From Shigella phage vB_SdyM_006: a DNA stretch of 64,000 bases. This document shows, piece after piece, positions 27,898 to 35,859 of this stretch (position 1 is its first letter; each line of letters begins with the position of its first letter). Position numbers and translations under genes: made by a program. Under the pieces are notes generated by a model, which saw only the letters and a program-made list of their open reading frames with translations, had not been told where the DNA came from and ran no database searches. The stretch lies in the sequence record MK295204; one strand, given 5' to 3'.

Positions 27898-28163
27898 TAT
27901 AAATGTCCTCGCTTAGAGTTAATGTATGTCTCGACTTCTCTTTTTGTACGGTCAAAAGCTTCTTTTTGCTCATATACTTCTTGAGATTTTTTATATTGCT
28001 TATTAGCATTGATTTCTTTATAATTAGCAGCATATACGTAAATATAAAAGGCCCAGACCATAGGACAAATCATGGATGTAAATTTAGTATAAAACGGTTT
28101 GTTTACAATAGGATATAAACACCAAAAGAAGAACGTAAATATAATATAATTAGCCCAAATCAT
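27897..28163 (-). CDS. Small membrane protein (two TM)
   Basis: 88 aa, aromatic-rich hydrophobic helices. Confidence 0.45.
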   Translation of the reverse strand: MIWANYIIFTFFFWCLYPIVNKPFYTKFTSMICPMVWAFYIYVYAANYKEINANKQYKKSQEVYEQKEAFDRTKREVETYINSKRGHL

Positions 28164-28639
28164 TTTGTGTCTCCTTTAATTTCATCAAGAAAGTCAAAAT
28201 AAGCGTTAGGATAAAACAATAGAATAAATGGTGTCATTGCTAGCCCAATAGAATACAATATCATACTCAATAAATCTGTAGAATAATGTATAAAGAAAGG
28301 CCAAACTATTAAAATATACATCATTATCATAAAAATAGTGTTCATCATATAAATATTGGACAATTTATGCGGTACACTGTAATACCCGTTTTGGTATCTA
28401 TTGTTATTATTACTTAATGAAATTACAATATCACCTACCGTCTCTTTATCGAAACCTAAATTTATTGTTTCAAACATGACAAAGAGTCCTAAAACTATAC
28501 AACTTATTAAAAATAATAATGAATATGCAAACCCTGCTCCTGTGTTTGCCCACATATCAAATGAGAACAATGTATTTCCAGATAACACAAGTAAAAATAT
28601 AAAGACAACTTTGTTGATTTGAGATAATAAATAATTCAT
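28160..28639 (-). CDS. Polytopic membrane protein (about four TM)
   Basis: 159 aa with four hydrophobic segments. Confidence 0.5.
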   Translation of the reverse strand: MNYLLSQINKVVFIFLLVLSGNTLFSFDMWANTGAGFAYSLLFLISCIVLGLFVMFETINLGFDKETVGDIVISLSNNNNRYQNGYYSVPHKLSNIYMMNTIFMIMMYILIVWPFFIHYSTDLLSMILYSIGLAMTPFILLFYPNAYFDFLDEIKGDTK

Positions 28640-29127
28640 AATTTTTTCCTACATTGCATAATATATTCTTCAAGAAAAGTTAATTTATTTTCCAGAACGT
28701 CTAAATATTCTTTTTCAAAATTAAAAACAAATTCAATAAGGTCAACATTAGTATTAAAGCATTTTCTATAAGATTCAAAAGATGAAAAATAATGTGCATT
28801 ATCTACGCCAACAAAAAAAGTAATGGCTATATCATCCTTTTTAAAACCAAATAACACATTTGATGATTTTAATGTATCTTCAATTTGGTCAAACTGTATA
28901 ATTGTTTTATTTTTGTCGTCTTTATAAGAAGTAGAATAACACCATATGGATTTAAATGGGTACACTATATCATTTAAAGAACAGTGATTCAACAAGATAT
29001 TTTTTATAGCATTAGCTTTAGCTTCAGGCATATTAAATAGTGGAATCACATAAGAAGTATCGCTTAGTTTTGAATATTTAGAAATAGGGTCTACTAATCT
29101 TAGTACTTCATTAAGCCATTGTTGCAT
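28636..29127 (-). CDS. Hypothetical protein
   Basis: 163-aa ORF. Confidence 0.5.
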   Translation of the reverse strand: MQQWLNEVLRLVDPISKYSKLSDTSYVIPLFNMPEAKANAIKNILLNHCSLNDIVYPFKSIWCYSTSYKDDKNKTIIQFDQIEDTLKSSNVLFGFKKDDIAITFFVGVDNAHYFSSFESYRKCFNTNVDLIEFVFNFEKEYLDVLENKLTFLEEYIMQCRKKL

Positions 29128-29177
29128 TATAACCTCCTAGTAAAATGGGCCTTTCGGCCCATTAATCAGTTTACTGA

Positions 29178-29774
29178 TTATTTGTTAAAAGTATCAACAT
29201 ATAATTCGAGTTCAGACATATTAACCGAAACATTAGAGCTTTCTGTAAATGTGTCAACTTCTGTAATAATAGTATCAACATCTACTAATACATGGTCTGT
29301 AGAAGCCATTACATCTTCAGGTAATTTGATACCTAATGCATCAGTTTCTTTGTTCAATTTAATAACTTCTAAATTAGCTTTAATTTCTTCTAATTTATCA
29401 GCAAGTTCAACAACTTTTTCTGCGATCGTAATAATAGATTTTTTACGATTTTCAACTTCGGTTTCTAAAGCTTCACCCAATTTTTTATATTGCAAAGCAG
29501 CGATAAAATATGCTTTTGGCACGGCTTGTTCTTTGCTTTTTAAGAGACGAATATGGTCTTCTTTTAGTTTACTGTTTTTAAAGTGGTCTTGAGCCTTGGC
29601 TTTTAAGTGCTCAATGCTTTGAGTTGCAGTAATTTCAGCATGACGTAAACTGTCAATTTTATTGATGATTAACGTCGCAGCTTGGGTATAACGTTCTTCA
29701 GCAGATAAATTGCTTTTGAAGAAAGAAGTTAATTTAGTAGATACGAAGTTTTTAGCAGTTTTTAATAAGCTCAT
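29178..29774 (-). CDS. Coiled-coil protein
   Basis: 198 aa, heptad-rich helical N-terminal two-thirds and acidic C-terminus; the plus-strand 29119-29592 ORF is its low-complexity antisense. Confidence 0.5.
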   Translation of the reverse strand: MSLLKTAKNFVSTKLTSFFKSNLSAEERYTQAATLIINKIDSLRHAEITATQSIEHLKAKAQDHFKNSKLKEDHIRLLKSKEQAVPKAYFIAALQYKKLGEALETEVENRKKSIITIAEKVVELADKLEEIKANLEVIKLNKETDALGIKLPEDVMASTDHVLVDVDTIITEVDTFTESSNVSVNMSELELYVDTFNK

Positions 29775-30025
29775 TTTATTTCCTTACATGTATTAGTTTC
29801 AAAATCAACAATAATATTTTTACGTTCAATGCCAAGATTAATTAATTTAGAAATACATTGACCTTGGATTTTTTGGTCTTCTAAACCTTTAGAAACACTT
29901 TTAGATAATGCACTCCATGAAAAACAAATAACTATTAAAATAACACATCCAATTAAATATTTCATGATATACTCCATTTGTTTTGATGTGTCTATAGTAT
30001 TATAGATTTTTTGTGTTGTAAACAT
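29771..30025 (-). CDS. Small secreted protein
   Basis: 84 aa; internal Met followed by signal-peptide-like MKYLIGCVILIVICFSWSALS. Confidence 0.4.
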   Translation of the reverse strand: MFTTQKIYNTIDTSKQMEYIMKYLIGCVILIVICFSWSALSKSVSKGLEDQKIQGQCISKLINLGIERKNIIVDFETNTCKEIK

Positions 30026-30031
30026 TTATTT

Positions 30032-30487
30032 TTAATTTTTTGAAATTAATTTTCGACATTGGTTTATGTATGCTTTGCGCTGGTTGTCCTCTAATTTTTC
30101 TAGATACGCAGCTTTTTGATCTTTAAAATTAACTAATCTTTCACTTATCTTATTAAATGTATCAGATTTAAGATAAAATACAGATCTTTTAGATTTAAAT
30201 TCAAAATAAGCTATAACAGTTCTTGACACATTTTCTCCTGGCTTCACTTGTGTCCTAGTACTTAATGGAAAATTCAAGTACATTGCAGCTGTGTATTCAG
30301 CCAAGAAGAAAGTCACTTTATCGACGTTATATAAGAGCCAGGACAATATATCATCTTCATTGATATATCTAAATTCAGATTCAATTAAAAGCCTATACCG
30401 AAGATCTGAGACTTGACATTTGCCAGCTTCATAAGAAGGCTCAAAACTTTCTGTGATGACAGAAAGTTCATCTAAATTATAATTCAT
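30032..30487 (-). CDS. Paralog family member 3 of 3
   Basis: 151 aa; shares the Y-x-A-x-Y-L-NFPL core, F-Y-L-x-x-D and a C-terminal Y-I-x-x-C-R-K/N-x-I motif with the two upstream ORFs. Confidence 0.5.
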   Translation of the reverse strand: MNYNLDELSVITESFEPSYEAGKCQVSDLRYRLLIESEFRYINEDDILSWLLYNVDKVTFFLAEYTAAMYLNFPLSTRTQVKPGENVSRTVIAYFEFKSKRSVFYLKSDTFNKISERLVNFKDQKAAYLEKLEDNQRKAYINQCRKLISKN

Positions 30488-30950
30488 TTAGAGATTCCTT
30501 TATTTTATTTCTACATGATTCAATATAAGCTAAACGTTCAGAAGTTTTGATGGCTTCAATAAATTTGGTTCTTTTATTTTTAAAATCGTCAAACTCAGAA
30601 TATACACTATTGAAAAAATCAGCATCTAAATATACTACGTATTTTTTGTCGTCAAGCATAAATTCAGCTATAACCATACTAGTATATTTTGGGGCTTTTG
30701 AGCCAAGATATATTTTATTTAAACCTTTTAATGGAAAATTCCCGTATGTAGCATACTCGTAGTCAGCGCAATAAAATCTAACAGAACTTACATTATGGTA
30801 CATCCAATTGACAAAGTACTTAGTATACTGTTTATTTTTTCTACGTAAATCAGCAACTAAATATCCTGCTTCTTCTTCATCAAATAATGCAATAAAGTCA
30901 AAATTATTTTTCATGGGTATGACCTTTAATTTTACGACGACATTTTTCAA
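30477..30950 (-). CDS. Paralog family member 2 of 3
   Basis: 157 aa; same motifs (NFPL, YVVYLDAD, YIESCRNKIK). Confidence 0.5.
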   Translation of the reverse strand: MKNVVVKLKVIPMKNNFDFIALFDEEEAGYLVADLRRKNKQYTKYFVNWMYHNVSSVRFYCADYEYATYGNFPLKGLNKIYLGSKAPKYTSMVIAEFMLDDKKYVVYLDADFFNSVYSEFDDFKNKRTKFIEAIKTSERLAYIESCRNKIKESLNEL

Positions 30951-31374
30951 TATAGAAGTCTAATTCATTGGTATACTTAGAATTTACATAAATTTGTTTA
31001 TTTTTACTAAAACCTGAAATACCTTTTAAAACACCTTTGGCTTGATTATAGTCTATAAAGAACACATGTTCTTTATTATCGTACATAAATCTTAAAGCAA
31101 AAGTATCTTTATAGATATTAGATTCTTTTGTAACGATAGAATTAGTAGATTTATCAAGTGGCAAATTACATGCAAGAGCACAAGTATACTCACACTCATA
31201 TAATGTCACATAATTTGTATTAGTATACAAAAAATCTAGAATCTCATCAGAGGTCCAAGCTTTCTCAATATCATTTCCTAGAACACGTAGTTTCCAAAAA
31301 GTGGATTGACGTATATCAGCCCAGATAACATTATTATCTTTGCCTGCTTCAGGTCCTTTAAAAATATCAATCAT
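30904..31374 (-). CDS. Paralog family member 1 of 3
   Basis: 156 aa; same family (CNLPL, VFFIDYN, YIEKCRRKIK). Confidence 0.5.
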   Translation of the reverse strand: MIDIFKGPEAGKDNNVIWADIRQSTFWKLRVLGNDIEKAWTSDEILDFLYTNTNYVTLYECEYTCALACNLPLDKSTNSIVTKESNIYKDTFALRFMYDNKEHVFFIDYNQAKGVLKGISGFSKNKQIYVNSKYTNELDFYIEKCRRKIKGHTHEK

Positions 31375-31664
31375 TATATCCTCTCACAAAAAGCCCAATT
31401 AGCATGATAAACTGAAGCGCCTTTAGTATCATTCATGCACACTAAGTCTACAGGAGACACCACTCTATATAAAACAGGTTCTCCACCTAATGAACGCGCA
31501 GCTCTTCCGGCATAAATTTTAGCCAAACCTAAATCTTCAGTAAAGAAAACTCGGTCTAAATTTTTCTTACGTCCTTTTTCAGAAATAGTCTCAGTTGTTT
31601 CTGGTGGAAGTAACATATGTTCAATACCACATACAGAAGAAGAACCATGATAAAAAGTTTTCAT
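31374..31664 (-). CDS. Possible Arr/Tpt1-like mini ADP-ribosyltransferase
   Basis: 96 aa; N-terminal FYHGSS and downstream R-V-F-F-T ... YRVV-P resemble the rifampin ADP-ribosyltransferase (Arr) core as I remember it; not verified. Confidence 0.4.
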   Translation of the reverse strand: MKTFYHGSSSVCGIEHMLLPPETTETISEKGRKKNLDRVFFTEDLGLAKIYAGRAARSLGGEPVLYRVVSPVDLVCMNDTKGASVYHANWAFCERI

Positions 31665-31732
31665 TATAGACTCCGTTTTTAAATTATGTAGCTATTATAC
31701 ACACAATTTTTAATTTGTACATACTATAAACG

Positions 31733-31754
31733 AAAAAAGGAACCAAAAGGTTCC
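31733..31754 (-). terminator. Hairpin GGAACC-UUUU-GGUUCC plus U6 on minus strand
   Basis: Read directly; after the stop of the 31762-32178 ORF. Confidence 0.45.
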
Positions 31755-31761
31755 TTTAATT

Positions 31762-32178
31762 TTAGATACATCCACCACAAGAACTATGTCGCCAATCTTC
31801 TTCGTTAATATGTGGATAAAGAGCATATAAGATTTTTTCGATATCTTTAAATCCATGTCTTTTTAAAGACGAAACTAATGAGTTAGTATCGTGTTTCAAC
31901 ATTAATTGGACCCAACTTTCTGGACTTAACCCTGCTGTATAAGAATCCCATTCTTCAGACCAATTATCGTCAAAACGCCAGGTGTCATAAGATTTACGTG
32001 TATCAAATTCTTCATTACCTAAACCAGTTAGGCTAATTCCATCGATACTAATATTCCATTGTCCAAAGCATAGCGTTGGATAAGACCCAGTCCACTCTAC
32101 AAAAATTTTCATGTAATTCCTTATAAACATACCACAATTGCAGTTAAAAATATAAAAACCATAACAGGAACATACCAA
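31762..32178 (-). CDS. Hypothetical cysteine-rich protein
   Basis: 138-aa ORF (real start may be the internal MKIFVEW); Trp/acidic-rich with C-terminal SSCGGCI. Confidence 0.4.
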   Translation of the reverse strand: MVCSCYGFYIFNCNCGMFIRNYMKIFVEWTGSYPTLCFGQWNISIDGISLTGLGNEEFDTRKSYDTWRFDDNWSEEWDSYTAGLSPESWVQLMLKHDTNSLVSSLKRHGFKDIEKILYALYPHINEEDWRHSSCGGCI

Positions 32179-32230
32179 ATGGTTTTTATAGCATCATTAG
32201 GTTTTTCTGAGTCAAACATGATAATCTCGA

Positions 32231-32584
32231 TTAATAATAAATAGTATTCCCAACATAAATTTTGTTTGGATTTGTAATATTATTTAAAATTTGTAAATAT
32301 TCAACAGACACGCCAAGGTTCATAGCAATTTCGCTCAGTGTGTCATTAAATCGTACTGTATATGAAAATAAATTTGAATCACGATTAATTGACGCAGTTA
32401 AAAAATCAACAGAATTCAGAACTTCAAAAGTCATCGCTTTGTCGTTGCCACTATTAAAGCCAATACCACGCTTAAGAATAGAAACGATAGTTGTACCTTC
32501 ACCTGTTTCAGAAGCACCGATGATGTTACGTGTATCAACCATAAAACGTGATAAATCATCTGCAGAAGTTAAAATAATTTTCAT
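32231..32584 (-). CDS. LysM-domain protein
   Basis: 117 aa; C-terminal YTVRFNDTLSEIAMNLGVSVEYLQILNNITNPNKIYVGNTIYY fits the LysM consensus. Confidence 0.55.
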   Translation of the reverse strand: MKIILTSADDLSRFMVDTRNIIGASETGEGTTIVSILKRGIGFNSGNDKAMTFEVLNSVDFLTASINRDSNLFSYTVRFNDTLSEIAMNLGVSVEYLQILNNITNPNKIYVGNTIYY

Positions 32585-32593
32585 AGTATTTCC

Positions 32594-32986
32594 TTACCAA
32601 GAATAAGCAAAACCTGCACCAAGAGTAGAATTAGATTTGTTATCAAATGCACCAGACATTTTTAATGTTACATTTGTGTTTTCTGGATGAGCACCAAAAG
32701 CGACAGCTACAGCTGAACCAGATTTATAACCACCAACACCTAAGCCTAAAGAAATGGTTTTAGAAAAATCTAATGGAACATTATTCATAGCAGAAGCAGA
32801 AGCAAATCCAGCTTTTACTTGGTCCATTTTTCCGTCAACATCTTTAATATATCTATTCCAGGATTCATTTACAGTTCCTTCGTGAAAAGTATGATTAAGA
32901 TTTGGACTAATCCAATTATTATCTGATGCAATTGAACCAGAACTCAAAACTAATAATGAAGCCATAAAAATAAATTTTAAATTCAT
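32594..32986 (-). CDS. Small outer-membrane protein with YadA-like (trimeric autotransporter) C-terminal anchor
   Basis: 130 aa; signal peptide MNLKFIFMASLLVLSSGSIA, then GLGVGGYKSGSAVAVAFG ... NVTLKMSGAF ... GAGFAYSW ending in a C-terminal aromatic, resembling the YadA anchor beta-strand pattern. Confidence 0.55.
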   Translation of the reverse strand: MNLKFIFMASLLVLSSGSIASDNNWISPNLNHTFHEGTVNESWNRYIKDVDGKMDQVKAGFASASAMNNVPLDFSKTISLGLGVGGYKSGSAVAVAFGAHPENTNVTLKMSGAFDNKSNSTLGAGFAYSW

Positions 32987-33127
32987 AATTTTTTCCTTGT
33001 TTGTTTAAAGTAGAAACACTATATCATAGATTATATAAAAGCTAAATTTCTTTTATTTTAAAAACAAAAAAGGTCCAACATTTCTGTGGACCTTAAAAGC
33101 AACTTCTTTTATTATTTATTTTAAATT

Positions 33128-33204
33128 TGGTACACCTACGGGAATTCGAATCCCGGTTACACGCTCGAAAGGCGTGGGTCCTAGACCACTAGACGATAGG
33201 TGCA
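33128..33204 (-). tRNA. tRNA-Glu (anticodon UUC)
   Basis: Manual fold: acceptor GCACCUA/UAGGUGU, anticodon stem CACGC with loop CUUUCGA, T-loop UUCGAAU, encoded CCA. Confidence 0.7.
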
Positions 33205-33210
33205 TTAAAA

Positions 33211-33302
33211 TGGAGGAGAGTATGGGATTCGAACCCATGGAACAGCGTAACTGTCCAACGGTTTTCAAGACCGTCTCAATAATCCATCTCTGACAACTCT
33301 CC
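33211..33302 (-). tRNA. tRNA-Ser (anticodon UGA), class II
   Basis: Perfect acceptor GGAGAGU/ACUCUCC, anticodon loop CUUGAAA, long variable arm, T-loop UUCGAAU, CCA. Confidence 0.8.
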
Positions 33303-33309
33303 AATATAA

Positions 33310-33627
33310 TTAAAACAGTAGACTATAAACAGTACCTTTACAATCTATAGGTTGTGTTTTTGAATATTCTTTAAATAGATTTAAATAACCAATTTCTTCA
33401 GGTTCCCATTGTCCTTCTAAACCATAACATGAACAATGTGAGCCGTTAACTTCCCAAAATATATCATTACTATCTTTGAAGATTACAGTAGCATACCCAG
33501 AATAATCTTCATAATCGTAATATGCTAAAATGATTTCTTTGTCATTAAGTGAATCCATAGGGATTTGGAATTCATGACAGATGTCTTCTTTTGAAGTAAA
33601 CAGTTCCATAAACACATTAGTTTTCAT
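33310..33627 (-). CDS. Hypothetical protein between tRNA genes
   Basis: ORF track gives 33310-33720, but the N-terminal part overlaps tRNA-Asp; trimmed to internal Met (about 105 aa). Confidence 0.4.
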   Translation of the reverse strand: MKTNVFMELFTSKEDICHEFQIPMDSLNDKEIILAYYDYEDYSGYATVIFKDSNDIFWEVNGSHCSCYGLEGQWEPEEIGYLNLFKEYSKTQPIDCKGTVYSLLF

Positions 33628-33650
33628 ATCAATATCCTCAAAATTAATTT

Positions 33651-33726
33651 TGGCGGTCTTACCGAGAATCGAACTCGGTGCTGTTCCGTGACAGGGAACT
33701 ATGTTAACCAGGTACACCATAAGACC
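33651..33726 (-). tRNA. tRNA-Asp (anticodon GUC)
   Basis: Acceptor GGUCUUA/UAAGACC, anticodon stem GUUCC with loop CUGUCAC, T-loop UUCGAUU, CCA. Confidence 0.8.
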
Positions 33727-33756
33727 TTAAAAATGTACCCATCCGGCTTTCCAGTC

Positions 33757-33857
33757 TGGTGAAGGGTTGTCACCTCTAGTTTAAACCTGCTAGTCAAGTA
33801 ATAATTGCATATCGTCCAATTATCAAAACCGTCTAGGTTATATTACACCACTTCCTA
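33757..33857 (-). ncRNA. Possible small stable RNA in the tRNA cluster (not foldable as a canonical tRNA)
   Basis: About 100 nt between tRNA-Asp and tRNA-Gly, begins with tgg (CCA-like 3' end on minus) and contains local hairpins; T4 carries small stable RNAs in the equivalent position. Confidence 0.2.
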
Positions 33858-33919
33858 GAATACCGTCTAAGCGGACTTGATCGACGTAGATTACACCATA
33901 TACGTCTGATTGTGGAATT

Positions 33920-33993
33920 TGGAGCGATCTACGGGTATCGAACCCGTATCTTCTGGGTGGAAACCAGAAATAATAGCCATTATACTAAGATCG
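33920..33993 (-). tRNA. tRNA-Gly (anticodon UCC)
   Basis: Perfect acceptor GCGAUCU/AGAUCGC, anticodon stem UCUGG with loop UUUCCAC, T-loop UUCGAUA, CCA. Confidence 0.8.
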
Positions 33994-34615
33994 CATATTT
34001 ATTAATAAATCTTCTTGCTTGGGTATGACTTAATCCTATATGTTTAGCAAATTTATTTAAGTTACCTCTTATTGAAATATCAAATGATTTTAATATTTCT
34101 AATCTATAATTAATTTCGTCTTTTGACAATGTAGAGGCATTATTAATAGAAATTTTGTTTTTAGATATATCCGAATGTCTCTTATTTTTAAAACCAAACG
34201 AATTTTTCTTTTTGCTAAAATCATATAATCCGAGTCTAAGTCTTTTCTTAAATGTATTAACTTGTTTACTTATAGTTAATTTAGATTTTGGCAATGAATT
34301 TATATAATCCCAACCACCTTCACCACCAACTTTTAAATTATATGTATTTTTGCTTTTAACAAATTTTTCTGTAACTATTTTGGCTTCATGTATAAACATG
34401 TCATACTTATTTTTATGAAATTTTAAAATAGTTTTTTCAAAATTTTCTTTGCCATATTTTTCTATGGCTTTTTTCAAAATCTTACCTGAACCAAAATATC
34501 CATCTTCTAAATCTTTGGTTTTATGAACACCTATATAAATTTTATTATTTATTTTATTTTTAATTTTGTATGTATAATAAAACATTATAGCCTTATTTAT
34601 CTTTTGGTACTCCAT
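33980..34615 (-). CDS. GIY-YIG homing endonuclease (seg-like) inside the tRNA cluster
   Basis: 211 aa; N-terminal YTYKIKNKINNKIYIGVHKT ... GYFGSG is a GIY-YIG motif; lysine-rich C-terminal DNA-binding region. Confidence 0.75.
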   Translation of the reverse strand: MEYQKINKAIMFYYTYKIKNKINNKIYIGVHKTKDLEDGYFGSGKILKKAIEKYGKENFEKTILKFHKNKYDMFIHEAKIVTEKFVKSKNTYNLKVGGEGGWDYINSLPKSKLTISKQVNTFKKRLRLGLYDFSKKKNSFGFKNKRHSDISKNKISINNASTLSKDEINYRLEILKSFDISIRGNLNKFAKHIGLSHTQARRFINKYAILV

Positions 34616-34779
34616 TCTTTATTAGTTGCTTTATTAACAGCAGTAGAATAAGAATTTTTAATATCTTCTGTAACAGAATAGCCAGTTAACATAGTAGAAA
34701 TTAAAATAACATATCCAAGCATTAATAAAATACAAGATAAAAATCCTGCAATAATAAGAATTGTACCTAAAGTAGTCAT
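34597..34779 (-). CDS. Small membrane protein (trimmed from the 34597-34890 ORF, which overlaps a tRNA)
   Basis: Internal Met yields about 60 aa with one long hydrophobic helix. Confidence 0.35.
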   Translation of the reverse strand: MTTLGTILIIAGFLSCILLMLGYVILISTMLTGYSVTEDIKNSYSTAVNKATNKEWSTKR

Positions 34780-34798
34780 ATTGTTCTCACAAATTATT

Positions 34799-34875
34799 TG
34801 GTGACCCACCATGGAATCGAACCATGCTCCAACGCTTATGAGGCGTTCGCTTTCAACCAGTAAGCTAGAGGGCCT
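34799..34875 (-). tRNA. tRNA with anticodon CAU (Met or Ile2-type)
   Basis: Anticodon stem AACGC/GCGUU with loop CUCAUAA, T-arm CAUGG-UUCGAUU-CCAUG, CCA; acceptor has one mismatch. Confidence 0.65.
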
Positions 34876-34882
34876 TGCAATT

Positions 34883-34966
34883 GGTGGCACCGGGTAGACT
34901 CGAACTACCGAAGGCCGAAGCCTGGAGATTTACAGTCTCCTGTCATTGCCGCTAGACTACGATGCC
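34883..34966 (-). tRNA. tRNA-Tyr (anticodon GUA), class II
   Basis: Anticodon stem GGAGA/UCUCC with loop CUGUAAA, long variable arm, acceptor GGCAUCG/CGGUGCC, CCA. Confidence 0.7.
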
Positions 34967-35011
34967 TTTTCTTATCAATAACGACTAAAAATAATCGTTA
35001 TTAATCAGAAT

Positions 35012-35088
35012 TGGTACACACTACTGGATTCGAACCAGTGACCTACGGTTTAGAAGACCGTTGCTCTATCCATCTGAGCTAAGCATGC
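35012..35088 (-). tRNA. tRNA-Arg (anticodon UCU)
   Basis: Anticodon stem ACGGU/ACCGU with loop CUUCUAA, T-loop UUCGAAU, CCA; acceptor stem has three G-U pairs. Confidence 0.6.
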
Positions 35089-35089
35089 A

Positions 35090-35380
35090 TTATAAGTACT
35101 GTTTAATCAGTTCTTCGTTATTTTTAAAAAGAATAAAAATATTATCACGAACTTCAGTATCTGAGATATGCCATTTCATAGCATCAATTAAAATGTCTTT
35201 TGGGATCATATTATATAAATTATTTAGTAAAGCAATATTATTTATATCAATATCAACTTCAAATAATTCAAAAATACAACACGAAATAGAATCATAAAAA
35301 TCTTTAATGTCTATTTCATACTTAGACAAATTATTTATAAATTCTGTTTTAGCTTGTTCTGGATTATGTGCTTTAAACAT
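35090..35380 (-). CDS. Hypothetical protein
   Basis: 96-aa ORF between tRNA-Arg and tRNA-Trp. Confidence 0.45.
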   Translation of the reverse strand: MFKAHNPEQAKTEFINNLSKYEIDIKDFYDSISCCIFELFEVDIDINNIALLNNLYNMIPKDILIDAMKWHISDTEVRDNIFILFKNNEELIKQYL

Positions 35381-35402
35381 TTTTATTCCTATTATTCTAA
35401 AA

Positions 35403-35477
35403 TGGCAGGCTCTGTAGGAATCGAACCCACGTCTTCGGATTTGGAATCCGGTATTCTACCGACTGAACTAAGAACCT
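35403..35477 (-). tRNA. tRNA-Trp (anticodon CCA)
   Basis: Anticodon loop UUCCAAA, D-arm UAGUUCAGUCGGUAGAAU, T-loop UUCGAUU, CCA. Confidence 0.7.
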
Positions 35478-35478
35478 T

Positions 35479-35562
35479 TGGCGGGCAGTGTAGGATTCGA
35501 ACCTACGTCGTCAAATGACACGGATTAACAGTCCGCTGCTTAATCCACTCAGCCAACTACCC
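35479..35562 (-). tRNA. tRNA-Asn-like (anticodon GUU) with an unusually long variable arm
   Basis: Anticodon arm CGGACUGUUAAUCCG is nearly identical to E. coli tRNA-Asn, but the variable region is about 13 nt (GUCAUUUGACGAC), giving 84 nt. Confidence 0.55.
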
Positions 35563-35859
35563 AATAATTTTTGCATCTTCTGAATAACTAGAAATACTAC
35601 CCCATTCTGAAGTATTAAATGAAACTTTATTTCCGTTTTTGAACTCTATAACTATATTTATATTGTCAACAGAAATCTCATTATCAGATGATTCTCTTTC
35701 TGAGGTTTTTAAATATGTATCCATAGTTTCAATAGTCACTTCTTCTGTTTGAAGAAGAGGTGAATAGTACTCAGCTAAATAAACTTTATTTACAATATCA
35801 CCAAAAATAGTTTTAGCAATATCAGTTAATTTAGTTGTTTCTTTTAATAAATGTTTCAT
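35557..35859 (-). CDS. Hypothetical protein (start trimmed to internal Met)
   Basis: ORF track gives 35557-35898; about 100 aa from MKHLLKETT. Confidence 0.4.
   Translation of the reverse strand: MKHLLKETTKLTDIAKTIFGDIVNKVYLAEYYSPLLQTEEVTIETMDTYLKTSERESSDNEISVDNINIVIEFKNGNKVSFNTSEWGSISSYSEDAKIIG

Noticed and set aside
1629-28622. Plus-strand ORFs scattered inside the minus-strand early region (for example 1629-1877, 5837-6091, 10384-10647, 20911-21126, 27903-28118)
   Set aside because: All are antisense to better-supported minus-strand genes, in a region with no plus-strand promoter or terminator signals.
29119-29592. 157-aa plus-strand ORF overlapping the minus-strand coiled-coil gene
   Set aside because: Ser/Thr-rich low-complexity translation, antisense to a protein-like ORF, and on the wrong strand for this early-gene block.
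32262-32606. 114-aa plus-strand ORF antisense to the LysM gene
   Set aside because: The minus-strand frame carries a recognisable LysM motif and fits the operon; the plus frame has no features.
33116-33304. 62-aa minus-strand ORF
   Set aside because: Lies entirely within the tRNA-Glu and tRNA-Ser genes.
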